The position numbers were made by a program, and so were the translations under genes. From assembly GCA_027067855.1 (NCBI GenBank), contig JAMOUX010000026.1, positions 16,473-80,472 of the forward strand: a stretch of 64,000 nucleotides of DNA, read 5' to 3'. The first letter of the stretch is position 1, and the number at the start of each line of letters is the position of its first letter. The notes under the pieces were generated by a model. The model was not told where the DNA came from and did no database searches. It saw nothing but the letters and a program-made list of their open reading frames with translations. This stretch comes from Candidatus Fermentibacteraceae bacterium. Lineage in GTDB: Bacteria > Fermentibacterota > Fermentibacteria > Fermentibacterales > JCC-6. Of the stretch, positions 1-9,814 are shown piece after piece.

Positions 1-660
1 CGCATCCCCGCCGCTTCCCAGGAGTACCGTGGGGAATCCGGCCGAGTGGAGTCTCCGCGCGATTTCGAGGAAGTTTTTCGGAGGCCACCTCTTGGCATCG
101 GTATTCCTGATGGTGGACCTTCCTCCCCCGGGGCAGATCGCCACCGGCATTCCCTCCACCATCCCGCCTTCCCCCGCCGCTTTCCGGAGTTTCTCCACCG
201 GGAAGGGCGGAAGTTCCAGGGGAGTCTCCCCCTTCCATCCGAACAGCCTGGCATACCTTTCGGCATCGTGCTCACGCTTTCCGGTCTCGAAAGGAACCAC
301 CCTGTCCAGCCCGGCGGATGCCGTACCCTGGCCCACGGCGACGACGGGATTCACGAGGCGCAGGAACATCCTGAGAGGCAGAACCCGATGAAGGAGATAT
401 CCCGTAGAATACCGGTTTCCACGAAGTTCCAACGCCCGGGGAATCATTTTCAGTGACTTCCATCCCCTGGACAGCAGGGAATCGTCCAGGGAGAACACCC
501 GCTCCACCGGGGCGGCCAACTCGGCCAGGGGCGCCACCAGTTTCCCCGTGAGCAGGTGGATCTCCGCCGACGGATTCGCCTTCCCCAGGAACGACATTCC
601 CGGGAGGGACATGACCAAATCCCCTATGGCGTACAGTTTTATGACGAGAATACGTTCCAT
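1..660 (-). CDS. Glycosyltransferase family 9 (heptosyltransferase-like), running off the window edge
   Basis: Not in the ORF track. Manual translation from ATG at 660: MERILVIKLYAIGDLVMSLP...AICPGGGRSTIRNTDAKRWPPKNF, with the GT9 IGD and PG..KRWP motifs; open to base 1. Confidence 0.85.
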   Translation of the reverse strand, partial: MERILVIKLYAIGDLVMSLPGMSFLGKANPSAEIHLLTGKLVAPLAELAAPVERVFSLDDSLLSRGWKSLKMIPRALELRGNRYSTGYLLHRVLPLRMFLRLVNPVVAVGQGTASAGLDRVVPFETGKREHDAERYARLFGWKGETPLELPPFPVEKLRKAAGEGGMVEGMPVAICPGGGRSTIRNTDAKRWPPKNFLEIARRLHSAGFPTVLLGSGGDA

Positions 661-823
661 GGAACCAGGTACACCTTTCCGGAAAAGCCCTTCGGGCGAC
701 AATAGCCGCAAAGAGGACTCTCCGTCAAAGGGGCGCGCGCACTGTACAGTAAACACGAACCTTGTTTATCTTCATTGTTCGGGAACGAACGGTAACTTGC
801 CGAAAATGAAGGAGACGGTTTCA

Positions 824-2284
824 ATGAAAGTGGCCGTGGTGAACCCCCCTTTCCTGAACGGAAAGTTTTCCAGGACATCCAGATCACCGGCGATAAACAA
901 GAGCGGAACACTCTACTGGCCCTTCTGGCTGGCGCACGGTACCGGTGCGCTGGAACGGGCGGGACACGAGGTGCTGTTCCTGGATTGCCCGGCCAAGGGT
1001 ATCGGGGAAAAGGAACTCTTCCGCCTGCTCGCCGATTTCAAACCACGGATGACGGTTTTCGATACTTCCACCCCATCCATATACAGCGATCTCGAACTCG
1101 CTTCCGTCGCCGCCGGGATGATGGAGGAGAATTACGTGGTGCTGGTGGGAACCCACGCCAGCGCCCTGCCGGAGCAGTGTCTCAGGCTGGCTCCCGCGGT
1201 GGGCGCCGTGGCCCGGGGGGAATACGACGCCACCCTGGTGGAACTCGCCGATACCCTGGACGGGGGCGGCGATCCCGCGGACGTCCCCGGCATGACGGTG
1301 AACACCGGCGGACAAATCGCGGACACGGGAACGAGGAACATGATAAGCGATCTCGATTCGCTTCCCTTCCTCGCCGACGTGTACAGGAAACACCTGGATC
1401 CCCGCGACTACTTCTTCGCCGCGGCGAGGTACCCCAGCGTAATGACCATAACCAGCAGGGGCTGTCCCTTCAGGTGCTCGTTCTGCGTCTGGCCCCAGGT
1501 GATGCACCTGGGCAAGTACAGAGCCCGTTCCCCGGAACACGTGGCGGAGGAATTCAAGCTGTTCGGGGAGTATTTCCCGGAAGTGATGGAAGTGGTTATC
1601 GAAGACGACACCTTCTCCGTGGGCAGCGACAGGGTCGAACAGGTGGCGGACGCCCTGATAGCCCGGAACAACAGGCTCCCCTGGACGGCGAACGTAAGGG
1701 CCAACCTCTCTCTCGACGCCATGCGGAAAATGAAGGAAGCCGGCTGCAGGCTGATAATCGTCGGGTACGAATCGGGTTCCCAGGAGATTCTCGACTCGGT
1801 TTCGAAGGGAACCACCGTGGAACAGAACATGGAGTTCGCCGAAAGGGCGGGAAAGGCGGGGCTCCTGGTACACGGCTGCTTCATGGCGGGAAATCCCGGA
1901 GAGACCCCGGAAACCCTGGAAGAAACATTCAGGATGGCGGTTAAACTGGCTCCGGACACCGCGCAGTTCTTCCCGGTGATGGTCTACCCGGGAACCGCCC
2001 TGTATCGGCGGTACAGGGAGGAAGGAAGGTTGAAAACCGAGAATTACCGGCGGTGGGTCACCCCCGAGGGACTGCATAACTGCATCGTCGACCTCCCGCA
2101 ATTGCCCGCCGAAGTCCTCGTGCAGTGGTGTAACCAGGCCAGGAAGCGTTTCTACCTCAGACCCCGTTACCTCGCCTACAAGCTCTTCCAGTCCGCCAGG
2201 CATCCCCTAACCGAGGGACGCAGGACCCTGCGGGCCTTCGGAACTTTCAGGAAATATCTCTTCAGAAAGAACGGAAACGAGTAA
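824..2284 (+). CDS. Cobalamin-binding radical SAM protein (HpnJ-like)
   Basis: SRGCPFRCSFC (CxxxCxxC); N-terminal B12-binding-type region (WPFWLA...VGTHASALP...RGEYD); AAGGAG before ATG 824. Confidence 0.85.
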   Translation: MKVAVVNPPFLNGKFSRTSRSPAINKSGTLYWPFWLAHGTGALERAGHEVLFLDCPAKGIGEKELFRLLADFKPRMTVFDTSTPSIYSDLELASVAAGMMEENYVVLVGTHASALPEQCLRLAPAVGAVARGEYDATLVELADTLDGGGDPADVPGMTVNTGGQIADTGTRNMISDLDSLPFLADVYRKHLDPRDYFFAAARYPSVMTITSRGCPFRCSFCVWPQVMHLGKYRARSPEHVAEEFKLFGEYFPEVMEVVIEDDTFSVGSDRVEQVADALIARNNRLPWTANVRANLSLDAMRKMKEAGCRLIIVGYESGSQEILDSVSKGTTVEQNMEFAERAGKAGLLVHGCFMAGNPGETPETLEETFRMAVKLAPDTAQFFPVMVYPGTALYRRYREEGRLKTENYRRWVTPEGLHNCIVDLPQLPAEVLVQWCNQARKRFYLRPRYLAYKLFQSARHPLTEGRRTLRAFGTFRKYLFRKNGNE

Positions 2285-3423
2285 TGGAATTCTTATTCCG
2301 GGTAGCCTTCGCCTCGTTCCTCTCATCCTGGATGTTCTACCCGGCTATCCTGTTTCTTCTTTCCGCCGTCCGGCGGAAATACGACGGAAACTGGCGGAAT
2401 CCGGAAACCTGGCCTTCCGTCAGCGTACTGGTCGCCGCACGCAACGAACGAGACGTCATAGGACCGAGGATAGAGAACCTCCTGGCCCAGAACTACGACG
2501 GAAACATCCAGGTGATCGTGGGCTCGGACTGCTCCGACGACGGCACGGACCGGGTGGTCCTCTCCTACGCGGACAGGGGCGTGATGCTGCACCGAAGCGA
2601 AAGGCGGCTGGGCAAACCACGGATGATGGGCGAACTGATCGGGTACGCAACGGGGGAAATCCTGGTTTTTACCGACGCCGACACGGTGTTTGCCGACGAT
2701 ACGGTGAAAGAACTCGTCAAACCTTTCTCATTCCCCCGGGTGGGATGCGTGGACGGCAACCGCCGAAACAGCCTGGACGATGAAACCTGCGAAAGCATTT
2801 ACTGGAAATACGAAAAGAAGATAAAAAGCCTCTGTTCCGGGATGGGCGCGGTGCTGGGAGCCACCGGCGCCGTGTTTTCCATACGGAAGGAACTCTACTC
2901 TCCCCTGGCCCCGGGAAGGGGTGACGATTTCGAACTGGCGGTCATGGTGCGCCTCCGTGGATTCGACTGCGTGTTCAACCCCGACGCCGTGGCCATGGAA
3001 CCTTCCCCGGACGACGCGAGGCAGTACAGGAGGATGGTTCGCATAGTGAGCTGGATGATGATCAGCTGCCTGATGCTGATGGGAAAGGCCGCAGCAAAGG
3101 GAAAATTCTTCCTGTTCATACAGCTCCTGTTCCACAAGATGTTCAGGTGGCTTTCCGGCTTCTTCCTGCTGGCGGCGACGGCGGCCGCGGGTTTCCTGGC
3201 ATCTTCATCCCCTGCATTTCTCGTCATCTTCATCCTGCTGTCGCTCTTCCACGCGACGGCGGCCGCGGGAGCGCTGCTCCGGGAAAGACTGCCTTCGAAG
3301 CTCCTATTTCCTTATTATTTCTGGCTTATGAACGCGGCGGCCATGGATGGTATATTACGAACACTCGCGGGAAGACCCGTGGAAACGTGGGAAAAGAGGA
3401 AAAAGCAGCCCGATGAGTCGTAG
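2284..3423 (+). CDS. Glycosyltransferase family 2 with TM segments
   Basis: VSVLVAARNE, SDCSDDGT, FTDAD (DxD), GATGAVFSIR. Confidence 0.9.
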   Translation: MEFLFRVAFASFLSSWMFYPAILFLLSAVRRKYDGNWRNPETWPSVSVLVAARNERDVIGPRIENLLAQNYDGNIQVIVGSDCSDDGTDRVVLSYADRGVMLHRSERRLGKPRMMGELIGYATGEILVFTDADTVFADDTVKELVKPFSFPRVGCVDGNRRNSLDDETCESIYWKYEKKIKSLCSGMGAVLGATGAVFSIRKELYSPLAPGRGDDFELAVMVRLRGFDCVFNPDAVAMEPSPDDARQYRRMVRIVSWMMISCLMLMGKAAAKGKFFLFIQLLFHKMFRWLSGFFLLAATAAAGFLASSSPAFLVIFILLSLFHATAAAGALLRERLPSKLLFPYYFWLMNAAAMDGILRTLAGRPVETWEKRKKQPDES

Positions 3424-4810
3424 AACCGTAATCCTCGGGGTGATTTTCGACGGCATGGCCGCTTTCCTGGCCATGGTGCTGGCGGCATGGCTGAAGTTCG
3501 ACTCCGGGCTCTTTCCCAACAGTTCCCCGGTGTCGAACACGGTGATAATTTCGGGGGCCCTCGCCTCCATTCCTTTCTGGTGGCTGGTGTTCGCCGCTTA
3601 CGGATGCTACAGGTATCACTGGGACATGAGCTGGGCCGATGAGTTGAGGCAGGTGGTGAAACCGGTGACGTCGGGGTTCATAATAATGTTCTTCGGCGCT
3701 TTCATCATACTGCCCACCGCCTCCGTGGGCAGGTGGATAATTCTCTTCTATTACGCCTTCCTCCTGGTTTTCGTATTCCTTTCCAGGGCATTCGTGAGAA
3801 TCCTGGAAAGAAGAATGGCAAAGAGGGGACTCCTTCAGCGCACGGCAGCCATCGTGGGTACGGGGGAAAGCGCCGCCGACCTCGCCGATTACCTCTGCCG
3901 GAACAAGGCGCTGGGTTACCGGATCGCGGGTTTCATCCGGCCGGAACAGGTCACGAGGAACGTGACCGTACCCGAGAACGAAATACTGGGCTCCGTCAAT
4001 GACCTTCACGACATAATACGGGAATATTCCATAAAAGAACTCCTGGTCACCATAGCCTCTAACTTCCACGACGACATTCTTTCCCTTTTCGTACCCGCGT
4101 CCGGCGCGGGAGTGAGAGTAAAGGTGGTGCCGGACATATTCGACATAGTGACCGGGCACGTGCACAGCACGCAGATAATGGGACAACCGTTCATGGAAAT
4201 ACTGCCCGAGCGCCTGAGCTTCTGGCAGAAACTCGTCAAGACCATCATCGACTACACCATAAGCATCACCGTGCTTCTTCTCGGCATGCCTCTCTGGGTT
4301 CTCATCGCGGTGGCCATAAAGCTGGATTCGAAGGGCCCGGTGTTCTACAGGCAGGAAAGGGTCGGCAAAGGGGGAAGAATTTTCAGGATATTCAAGTTCA
4401 GGAGCATGATCCATGATGCCGAAAAGATCAGCGGCCCCGTCTGGGCCGGGAAGAACGATCCCCGGATGACCAGGGTGGGAAGAATACTGAGGAAAACGCG
4501 CCTGGACGAGATTCCACAGCTTCTCAATGTTCTTAAGGGAGAAATGTCCGTCGTGGGACCAAGACCGGAAAGACCGATTTTCGTAGAGGAACTCCGGAAG
4601 AAATTCCCCTTCTACATGAAACGCCTGACCATAAAACCCGGCCTCACCGGGTGGGCCCAGGTGAAGCTGGAATACGACACCGACATGGAAAGCGTGGCCA
4701 AGAAACTCAGGTACGATTTTTTCTACATAGAGAACCAATCCATCTTCCTGGACCTCGAAATACTCGCCAGGACCCTCAAGGTGGTCCTGACCGGAGCCGG
4801 GGCCCACTAG
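3413..4810 (+). CDS. Polyprenyl-phosphate sugar phosphotransferase (WcaJ/WbaP type)
   Basis: KFRSM, DPRMTRVG, LDEIPQLLNVLKGEMSVVGPRPE, KPGLTGWAQV; N-terminal TMs; start taken at ATG 3413. Confidence 0.92.
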   Translation: MSRRTVILGVIFDGMAAFLAMVLAAWLKFDSGLFPNSSPVSNTVIISGALASIPFWWLVFAAYGCYRYHWDMSWADELRQVVKPVTSGFIIMFFGAFIILPTASVGRWIILFYYAFLLVFVFLSRAFVRILERRMAKRGLLQRTAAIVGTGESAADLADYLCRNKALGYRIAGFIRPEQVTRNVTVPENEILGSVNDLHDIIREYSIKELLVTIASNFHDDILSLFVPASGAGVRVKVVPDIFDIVTGHVHSTQIMGQPFMEILPERLSFWQKLVKTIIDYTISITVLLLGMPLWVLIAVAIKLDSKGPVFYRQERVGKGGRIFRIFKFRSMIHDAEKISGPVWAGKNDPRMTRVGRILRKTRLDEIPQLLNVLKGEMSVVGPRPERPIFVEELRKKFPFYMKRLTIKPGLTGWAQVKLEYDTDMESVAKKLRYDFFYIENQSIFLDLEILARTLKVVLTGAGAH

Positions 4811-4825
4811 GAGAAAGGAATCCCC

Positions 4826-5977
4826 ATGCCTGTTCCCCTACTGGACATTCACAGACAGCACGAACCGATAATGGAACGCCTGCGCGGGGTCTTCGAAAAG
4901 GCATTGGAGACATCCGGCTTCATAAAGGGACCCGAACTCCAGGCGCTGGAAACGGAGTTCGCGGAATACTGCGGAACATCCCACGCGGTGGGCTGCGCTT
5001 CGGGCACCGACGCCCTCATACTTTCCCTTATGGCCCTGGACGTAAAACCGGGGGACATCGTGATAACCTCACCTTTCACGTTTTTCGCCTCGGCGGGCTC
5101 CATCGTGAGGGCCGGGGGCGTCCCGGCCTTCGTGGACATATTGCCCGATACCTTTAACATGGATCCATCCCTCCTGGAAGCCTTTCTTGAACGCCACTGC
5201 GCCGTCACCGACAGGGGAGTAGTGCACAAACCGTCCGGTAGCAGGGTATCGGCCGTGATGCCGGTACACCTGTTCGGCCAGCCCGCCGACATGGACGCCA
5301 TCATTCCGATCTGCCGGGAATGGGGAATCCCGGTGGTGGAAGACGCCTGCCAGTCGGTAGGAGGAGAATGGTCCGGCGGAAAAGCCGGCTCCTTCGGAGC
5401 CGCCGGATGTTTCAGTTTCTTCCCTTCGAAAAACCTGGGAGCCCTGGGCGACGGGGGCATGGTGACCACCGACGATCCCGACCTGGCACGCAAGCTCACC
5501 AGGCTCAGGGAACACGGCGGCTCGGGATACGTCCATGAAACGGTCGGTTTCAATTCCCGTCTCGACGCCATCCAGGCAGGCTTCCTGAGAGTCAAGCTGG
5601 GAGTCCTGGATTCATGGCACGAAGGGCGCAGGAGGAATGCCGCTTATTACGACGATGCTTTCCGCGACCTGGAAGAGGTGTCCGCTCCCGTGACGGACGG
5701 CAGGTCCCGTTCGGTGTACAACCAGTATACGCTTCGTGCCGGGAACCGTGACGAACTGCTGGAACACCTCAGGAAAAAGGAAATCGGATGCGCGGTATAC
5801 TATCCTCTTCCGCTGCATCTGCAACCCTGCTTCGCCTTCCTGGAATACGCAAGAGGGGATTTTCCGGAATCGGAAAAGGCTTCCGAAGAGGTGATTTCCC
5901 TGCCGGTTTTCGGCGAACTGACCACGGACGAGCTGGACCGGGTGGTGGAGGCGGTCAGGGAATTCTACGGGGGCTGA
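4826..5977 (+). CDS. DegT/DnrJ/EryC1/StrS sugar aminotransferase
   Basis: SGTDAL, PVHLFGQ, EDACQ, FSFFPSKNLGALGDGG (PLP lysine), NSRLDAIQA. Confidence 0.93.
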   Translation: MPVPLLDIHRQHEPIMERLRGVFEKALETSGFIKGPELQALETEFAEYCGTSHAVGCASGTDALILSLMALDVKPGDIVITSPFTFFASAGSIVRAGGVPAFVDILPDTFNMDPSLLEAFLERHCAVTDRGVVHKPSGSRVSAVMPVHLFGQPADMDAIIPICREWGIPVVEDACQSVGGEWSGGKAGSFGAAGCFSFFPSKNLGALGDGGMVTTDDPDLARKLTRLREHGGSGYVHETVGFNSRLDAIQAGFLRVKLGVLDSWHEGRRRNAAYYDDAFRDLEEVSAPVTDGRSRSVYNQYTLRAGNRDELLEHLRKKEIGCAVYYPLPLHLQPCFAFLEYARGDFPESEKASEEVISLPVFGELTTDELDRVVEAVREFYGG

Positions 5978-6739
5978 ATGTTCCCCCGCCCGGGTGCCGC
6001 GTTTCTTAATATCCTGCTTCTGGCCGGCTTCATTCCGATCTTCCCGCAGACGGCCGCGGCGGAGAAAGATTTTCCTTTTTCCCTTGCGGACGACGTGCGA
6101 GGCATGTCGGAAACCGCTCCTCTCCTGGTTCTCGGCTGGGGCGCCGTAACTTCGGCGACGGCAACGATCCTGGAAAATCCCGACGGTCACCGGGGTTTCA
6201 TGGGGGGAGGAGGCTTTCTCCACCGCGCCTCGGTCACTTGCGATCATGCCATGGGACTCCCCCTGCTGGGAGCCTCCGTCCTGACATGGTGCGCGGGAGC
6301 CCTGGCGAACGATGCGGAAACCGAGGAAAGCGGAATGATGCTCTCCGAGGGACTGCTGCTGACTTACGGAACGGTCGGGATACTTAAAACGGCGGTGGGC
6401 AGGGAACGTCCGGATGGAAGTAACAACAGAAGCTTTCCATCGGCCCACGCAGCGGGAACCGCATGCGTCGCGGCGATTCTCTGGAACAGGTACGGAAAAG
6501 CTGCGGGTATTCCGGCCTCCGCGATCGCGGCTTTCACGGCCGCATCCAGGGTTCACCTGGGCAGGCATTTCCCTTCGGACGTGATCGCGGGTTCATCCCT
6601 CGGGCTGGCGGTGGGGCTCGCCGTAGCCGCGACACGCGACGGGGATGCCGCACCGGCGGCCCTTCCATCCCTGGGGCTGGCATGGAACAGCCATAACGGA
6701 TTTCATGTATATTCAGCATATGAAAAGCAGGCTCGATAG
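5978..6739 (+). CDS. PAP2-family phosphatase
   Basis: KTAVGRERP, SFPSAH, SRVHLGRHFPSDV match PAP2 motifs C1-C3. Confidence 0.88.
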   Translation: MFPRPGAAFLNILLLAGFIPIFPQTAAAEKDFPFSLADDVRGMSETAPLLVLGWGAVTSATATILENPDGHRGFMGGGGFLHRASVTCDHAMGLPLLGASVLTWCAGALANDAETEESGMMLSEGLLLTYGTVGILKTAVGRERPDGSNNRSFPSAHAAGTACVAAILWNRYGKAAGIPASAIAAFTAASRVHLGRHFPSDVIAGSSLGLAVGLAVAATRDGDAAPAALPSLGLAWNSHNGFHVYSAYEKQAR

Positions 6740-7076
6740 CTTCAGGTTCGCTTGCAGGGGCATCGTGACGCTGGCGGCAACCCAGTTCAACGCACGGATT
6801 CACCTGGCCGTGCTGGCGGCAGTCACGGCGGCGGGCTTTATTCTGGAGATATCCGCCACGGAATGGTGCCTGGTGATACTCGCATCGGCCACGGTAATCT
6901 CCATGGAGGCCATGAACAGCGCCCTCGAGTTCCTGGCCGATCATACCGCTCCCGAGTGGCACCATCGCGTGGGCAAGGCCAAAGACATGGCGGCGGCGGC
7001 GGTACTCATAACATCCGCCGGAGCGGCGGCGGTGGGTATCATCGTCTTCCTGCCGCATATACTGAATATCCTGTGA
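6720..7076 (+). CDS. dgkA: Prokaryotic diacylglycerol/undecaprenol kinase
   Basis: SFRFACRG, NARIH, EAMNSALE, AKDMAAAAV; start at ATG 6720. Confidence 0.88.
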   Translation: MKSRLDSFRFACRGIVTLAATQFNARIHLAVLAAVTAAGFILEISATEWCLVILASATVISMEAMNSALEFLADHTAPEWHHRVGKAKDMAAAAVLITSAGAAAVGIIVFLPHILNIL

Positions 7077-7114
7077 TGTCCGGATAACGACCGGGAGATC
7101 GGAGAAGATATCGT

Positions 7115-8374
7115 ATGCTGGACCGTAACCTATTGAGAAACAACCCGCAGGCGGTCAGAACCGCCGCCGGGAACAAGGGTGAACCGTGCCCTATCGACAG
7201 GTGGACGGAACTGGACGCCAGGAGACGTTCCCTGCTGGAGCAGGTCGAAAGCCTTCGCAGGAAGCGGAATGAACTTTCCTCCATGGTCTCCGCCATGAAA
7301 AAGAAAGGACAGGACGCCGGGGAACTCATCAGGGAAAGCCGCAAGACCGGAGAGGCAATAGGCGTCCTGGAGAAGGAACTCGCAGGCGTTGACGCCGAAA
7401 TGCGGGAAGTGGAGCTGTGGTTCCCCAACCTGCCGGACCCGGACGTTCCTGTGGGAGTCGACGACTCGCATAACAAGATCCTGCGCATAAGAGGAAACGT
7501 CCGGACCGATATCCGGGTACCTCCGCACTGGGAAATACTGGGGGGACTGCTGGACACCGATGCCGCCGGTACCATCACCGGCGCGAACTTCGTACTCCTG
7601 AGAGGATGGGCGGCGAGGCTCCAGAGAATTCTCATCGACTGGATGATGGATTTCAACTCCGCAGCCGGCATGGAGGAGATATGGATGCCCTTTCTCGCCT
7701 GCAGGCAGAGCATGATAACCACCGGCCAGATACCCAAGCTGGAAGAAGACATGTACCACGTGGACGGCAACGATCTGTTCCTGGTTCCCACCGGGGAGGT
7801 TCCCCTCACGAACCTTTACAGGAATACCATCATTCCGGAAAAGAACCTTCCCATCTCTCTCTTCGGCTATTCCCCCTGTTTCAGAAAGGAAGCCGGCAGT
7901 TACGGTAAGGAAACCAGGGGCCTAAACAGGGTCCACCAGTTCGAAAAGGTGGAAATGGTCCGGATCGTGAAACCGGAGGAATCGGGGGAAGCCCACGAGA
8001 AGATGGTGGCCCACGTGGAGAAAATGCTGGAACTGCTGGAACTTCGCTGGAGGGTTTCGCTGCTCTCCACCGGGGATCTGAGCTTCGCCGCCGCCAAGTG
8101 TTACGACCTGGAAGTCTGGTCGGAAGGACAGGAGAGGTGGCTGGAGGTTTCCTCGGTATCGAACTTCCATGATTTCCAGGCGAGAAGAGGAATGATCAGG
8201 TACAGGCCCGCCGGCGGCGGTAAGCCCCGCTTCGTTCACACCCTGAACGGCTCGGCCCTGGCCCTCCCGAGAATAATCGCCGCTTTGGTGGAAAGGGGTT
8301 GGACTCCCGAAGGAGAAATAAAGCTCCCTCCGGTTCTGCTGAATTACGCAAAAGGAAACCTCGCGGCAGATTAG
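7115..8374 (+). CDS. serS: Serine--tRNA ligase
   Basis: N-terminal coiled coil, LVPTGEVP, CFRKEAGSYG, RVHQFEKVE, EVSSVSN, HTLNGS. Confidence 0.97.
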   Translation: MLDRNLLRNNPQAVRTAAGNKGEPCPIDRWTELDARRRSLLEQVESLRRKRNELSSMVSAMKKKGQDAGELIRESRKTGEAIGVLEKELAGVDAEMREVELWFPNLPDPDVPVGVDDSHNKILRIRGNVRTDIRVPPHWEILGGLLDTDAAGTITGANFVLLRGWAARLQRILIDWMMDFNSAAGMEEIWMPFLACRQSMITTGQIPKLEEDMYHVDGNDLFLVPTGEVPLTNLYRNTIIPEKNLPISLFGYSPCFRKEAGSYGKETRGLNRVHQFEKVEMVRIVKPEESGEAHEKMVAHVEKMLELLELRWRVSLLSTGDLSFAAAKCYDLEVWSEGQERWLEVSSVSNFHDFQARRGMIRYRPAGGGKPRFVHTLNGSALALPRIIAALVERGWTPEGEIKLPPVLLNYAKGNLAAD

Positions 8375-8815
8375 CTTCTCAAGCCGAATCACCGGGATAA
8401 GTCATTCAGGCTCCGATATCTCCGGTTGATCGTTCTCTCCGAGAAACCGGCGAAATACGGGTTCCTCCCGCATCCTGCAACCGTGGCACGGGTTCGGATC
8501 TCCCCGACACGTTCTTTAGTGTTCCCCGAACGGGACGACCTCCAAAAATACGGCGGATCTTCCGGGAAACGATCTCAGGATTTCCGTCGGGAAACCCTGA
8601 GATCAAGGAGAATACTGTCGGGATCGAAAACCCGTACGCATTGTTCCTCACTCCCGGCTTTGGCCGACGGAACCTTGCCGAGATTGACCGGGAATCGTTA
8701 AAGGGATATACTTTTTCGCTATCGGGAATAATGGGGTATGGGAAAATAAGGCTATTTTTATTGCCTGTTTGAGATATGTAATTTAATTTTTGCTCCGCAT
8801 CGGGATGAAAAACGC

Positions 8816-9805
8816 ATGCCAATATTCACGTTGAAGAGACTGCAGAATGTTTCAAGCACAAAACTTAAAAAAATATTGCATGTGTGTAAGTATTTTAACG
8901 GAAGAAGCCCATTAAATCCCCTGTTCGTACAGCTACTGCTTACATATAAATGTAATGCCCATTGTCCGTTCTGTTACCAGGCGGAAGACAAGAAAAGCAT
9001 CCCGGATATGACACCGGAGAATGCCGCGGCGATTGAGAAGAACATCAGGAAATCATTTACTTTCAAACCTTTAATTCATTTTTTCGGCGGAGAGCCGACC
9101 GTCAATAAAAATTTTCCGGAAATTCTGGACTACTTTTCAAAAACGGGATACAGACTGTCCATGACAACAAACGGCATAAACCTGCCTAGATATAAAAAAG
9201 CAATTGTAAAAGCGGCCGGTTTGAGAGAAATCCATATTTCGTTAAATGATACTGATTATCCGGGAATGTTGGCCAAGCTTAACGAACTGCATGCTGAAGA
9301 TAAAAAAAAACACCTATACGTTACAATCAATTGTCCGATAACAGAACAGAATCAGCATCAATTACTGGACATAGTAAAAATATTCGAACAATCGCCGATC
9401 GACTGCCTGGCTTTTCAACACAGGGCATTCATCTGGTATGACGGTTTTGTAAAAATGGATTATAAGGCCATCAAAGAACAAATCGAGGCTATCAGGAAAA
9501 GAAAAAACAGGGTTAAGGTTTTGATAAGGCCGAATATAGCCGTTAACGAAATTAGAGATTATTATATGGTCAAAGAATATCCATTAGATAAAAATCAATG
9601 TTATTTTCCATGGTTCGTGTTATTCATACAACCAAACGGCAATGTCACACCGTGCGACGAATTGGATATTTACCTGGGAAACGCCATAACGGATAATCTG
9701 AAAGAACTATGGAACAATCCCGAATACGTGAAATTCAGGAAAAGCATTTTAGATCATGGTATCGGTTTCCCGATATGTAACAGGTGCGATCACCGAGAAT
9801 ACTAG
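8816..9805 (+). CDS. Radical SAM protein with SPASM/twitch domain
   Basis: CNAHCPFC, FGGEP, TTNG; C-terminal CYFPW..PNGNVTPC..LGN...CNRC. Confidence 0.9.
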   Translation: MPIFTLKRLQNVSSTKLKKILHVCKYFNGRSPLNPLFVQLLLTYKCNAHCPFCYQAEDKKSIPDMTPENAAAIEKNIRKSFTFKPLIHFFGGEPTVNKNFPEILDYFSKTGYRLSMTTNGINLPRYKKAIVKAAGLREIHISLNDTDYPGMLAKLNELHAEDKKKHLYVTINCPITEQNQHQLLDIVKIFEQSPIDCLAFQHRAFIWYDGFVKMDYKAIKEQIEAIRKRKNRVKVLIRPNIAVNEIRDYYMVKEYPLDKNQCYFPWFVLFIQPNGNVTPCDELDIYLGNAITDNLKELWNNPEYVKFRKSILDHGIGFPICNRCDHREY

Positions 9806-9814
9806 GAAAGTTCT

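Noticed and set aside
7752..7767. parS-like TGTACCACGTGGACGG in serS and CTCCACGTGG near 43907
   Set aside because: Three or more mismatches; only the common CACGTG core is retained.
8440..8510. tRNA T-arm-like GGGTTCGGATCTCCCC after serS
   Set aside because: I could not build an acceptor stem, D arm or anticodon arm; tRNAscan-SE would settle it.
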